Of a stretch of 64,000 nt of DNA, positions 62,143-64,000 are shown in pieces (position 1 is the stretch's first letter; each line of letters opens with the position of its first letter). Location of the stretch: contig CAUVXB020000002.1 of the NCBI GenBank assembly GCA_963555825.3, positions 448,001 through 512,000 on the forward strand, written 5' to 3'. Origin of the DNA: Alphaproteobacteria bacterium (GTDB lineage: Bacteria; Pseudomonadota; Alphaproteobacteria; JAAXGF01). The position numbers were made by a program, and so were the translations under genes. The notes under the pieces are model-generated. The model saw only the letters and a list, made by a program, of their open reading frames with translations, searched no databases and was not told the origin of the DNA.

Positions 62143-63219
62143 ATGGCGGCGCACCGCATCGCGGTAATTCCCGGCGATGGCATCGGCGGCGAGGTGACCG
62201 AGGCCGGCCTCGCCGTGCTCGAGGCGCTCGCGGCCGCGACGCCGGACCTCGAGCTCGAATTCGAGAGCTTTCCCTGGGGCTCGGACTTCTACCGCGCGAC
62301 CGGCGCCATGATGCCGGCCGACGCCCTCGCCAGGCTGGCCGGCTTCGACGCCATCTACTTCGGCGCGGTCGGCGACGTCGCGGTGCCCGACCACGTCACG
62401 CTGTGGGGACTGCGGCTCGCCATCTGCCAGGGTTTCGACCAATACGCCAACGTCCGCCCCGCGCGGCTTCTGCCCGGCATCGCGAGCCCGCTTCGGGACG
62501 TCGCGGCGGACGACCTCGACTGGGTCATCGTGCGCGAGAACTCGGAGGGCGAGTACACCGGTGCCGGTGGCCGCGCGCATGCCGGCTTCGCCGGCGAGGT
62601 CGGCGTCGAGACCGCGGTGTTCACCCGCGCCGGCATAGAACGCATCATGCGCTTCGCCTTCGTGCTGGCGCGCAAACGGCCGCGCCGCCGCCTCACCCTG
62701 GTCACCAAGTCGAACGCCCAGCGCCACGGCATGGTGCTGTGGGACGAAGTCTTCGCGGGGCTCGCGGCCGACTATGCCGACGTCGAGACCGACCGCGTGC
62801 TGGTCGACGCCGCGACGGTGCGCATGGTGCGCGACCCGGCCTCGATCGATGTCATGGTGGCGACCAACCTGCACGCCGACATCCTGAGCGATCTCGCCGC
62901 CGCGCTGGCCGGCGGGCTCGGGCTGGCGCCGAGCGCCAACCTCAATCCCGAGCGCGCCTACCCGTCGATGTTCGAGCCGGTCCACGGCTCCGCTGCCGAC
63001 ATCGCCGGCAAGGGCGTCGCCAACCCGATCGGCGCGCTTGCCAGCGCGGCGATGATGCTCGACCACCTGGGCGAAAGCGCCGCCGCCGCGCGGCTCACGG
63101 CGGCGATCGAGCGCGTCACCGGGGCCGGCGGCCCGCTGACCCCCGACCTCGGCGGCACGGCGACGACCGCGGCCCTGGCGGACGCGGTCTGCCGCGCCAT
63201 TTCCGAGGCCGACGGCTGA
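62143..63219 (+). CDS. Tartrate dehydrogenase/decarboxylase (IDH/IPMDH family)
   Basis: IPGDGIG, FDQYANVRP, RENSEGEY, TKSNAQ and FEPVHGSA.DI. Confidence 0.9.
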   Translation: MAAHRIAVIPGDGIGGEVTEAGLAVLEALAAATPDLELEFESFPWGSDFYRATGAMMPADALARLAGFDAIYFGAVGDVAVPDHVTLWGLRLAICQGFDQYANVRPARLLPGIASPLRDVAADDLDWVIVRENSEGEYTGAGGRAHAGFAGEVGVETAVFTRAGIERIMRFAFVLARKRPRRRLTLVTKSNAQRHGMVLWDEVFAGLAADYADVETDRVLVDAATVRMVRDPASIDVMVATNLHADILSDLAAALAGGLGLAPSANLNPERAYPSMFEPVHGSAADIAGKGVANPIGALASAAMMLDHLGESAAAARLTAAIERVTGAGGPLTPDLGGTATTAALADAVCRAISEADG

Positions 63220-63358
63220 CGCGGGCTTGACTCAGCCGTCGCGCTTGCGCCTAATTCCCGGCCGCAGGAAGACAATGACCCCGGCGCCGAAATTGGCGGT
63301 CGCAAGCGGGGCAATCTGCTATCATCGGGACGCGTCATCACTCAGGGAGGCTCAACAA

Positions 63359-64000
63359 ATGACATTCTGGCACAAAACGATGCCGAAACTCGTGATCGGC
63401 GCCGCGGCTATCGCGCTGGTCGCGGCGGCGCCGGCCAGCGCCAAGGTCGAGGGCGACACGATCACGCTGGGCGCCGCCTTGTCGTTCACCGGCAAGTACA
63501 AGACCAATGGCGAACACACCAAGCGCGGCTATGATCTCGCGGTCAAGCGGATCAACGAGATGGGCGGCATCACCGTCGGCGGTAAGGCCTATCAGCTCGC
63601 GATCACTTACTACGACGACGAATCGACGCCGGTGCGCGGCGCGCAGCTGGCCGAGAAGCTGATCAAGCAGGACGGCATCACGTTCATGCTTGGCCCGTAC
63701 AGCTCGGGCCTGACCAAGGCGATCGTGCCGGTCACCGAGAAGCACAAGATCCCGATGGTCGAGGGCAACGGCGCCTCGCGCTCGCTGTTCAACAAGGGCT
63801 ATCGCTATCTCTTCGCGGTGCTCTCGACGTCCGAGCAGTATCTCGCCGAAGCGATCAACCTGGCCGCCCAGCAGGCGCAGGCGGCGGGCAAGGACCCGGC
63901 CGACCTCAAGATCGCCATCGCGGTCGAGAACGACCCGTTCTCGCAGGATATCCGGGCCGGCATCATCAACGACGCTAGCCGCTGGGGCATGAACGTGGTG
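63359..64000 (+). CDS. Branched-chain amino acid-type ABC substrate-binding protein (partial, runs off the window)
   Basis: GGGAGG RBS, signal peptide, LS.TGKY, IN..GGI.VGG, YYDDES and LGPYSSGLT. Confidence 0.88.
   Translation, partial: MTFWHKTMPKLVIGAAAIALVAAAPASAKVEGDTITLGAALSFTGKYKTNGEHTKRGYDLAVKRINEMGGITVGGKAYQLAITYYDDESTPVRGAQLAEKLIKQDGITFMLGPYSSGLTKAIVPVTEKHKIPMVEGNGASRSLFNKGYRYLFAVLSTSEQYLAEAINLAAQQAQAAGKDPADLKIAIAVENDPFSQDIRAGIINDASRWGMNVV

Overview
A GC-rich (alphaproteobacterial-looking, inferred from gene content) chromosomal segment. Most of it is metabolic: glcDEF, glycerate kinase-pyk, sga-mtkAB with a divergent LysR regulator, ABC binding proteins, hydrolases, rpmJ, bolA and tRNA-Val(GAC). 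There are two decayed IS islands. The first (~6.2-15.7 kb) has an IS256 inside an IS630 inside the end of an IS30, plus a second IS630 and an IS1182-like element hitting one ABC binding-protein gene. The second (~46.4-50.9 kb) has twin IS3-like copies. Three signals stand out. (1) A ~150-190 bp structured intergenic repeat occurs nine times, always just downstream of and co-oriented with a gene; its stems vary in length and sequence but keep pairing, which suggests an RNA-level element or a RIME-like MITE. (2) A KAP-family NTPase is joined by a one-base frameshift to eight tandem leucine-rich repeats, an NLR-like architecture and a candidate defence sensor. (3) A probable alpha-r8/MmgR-like sRNA lies near an N-formylglutamate amidohydrolase gene. 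Several single-indel frameshifts may be sequencing errors. All product calls come from motif recognition by eye; no database searches were run.
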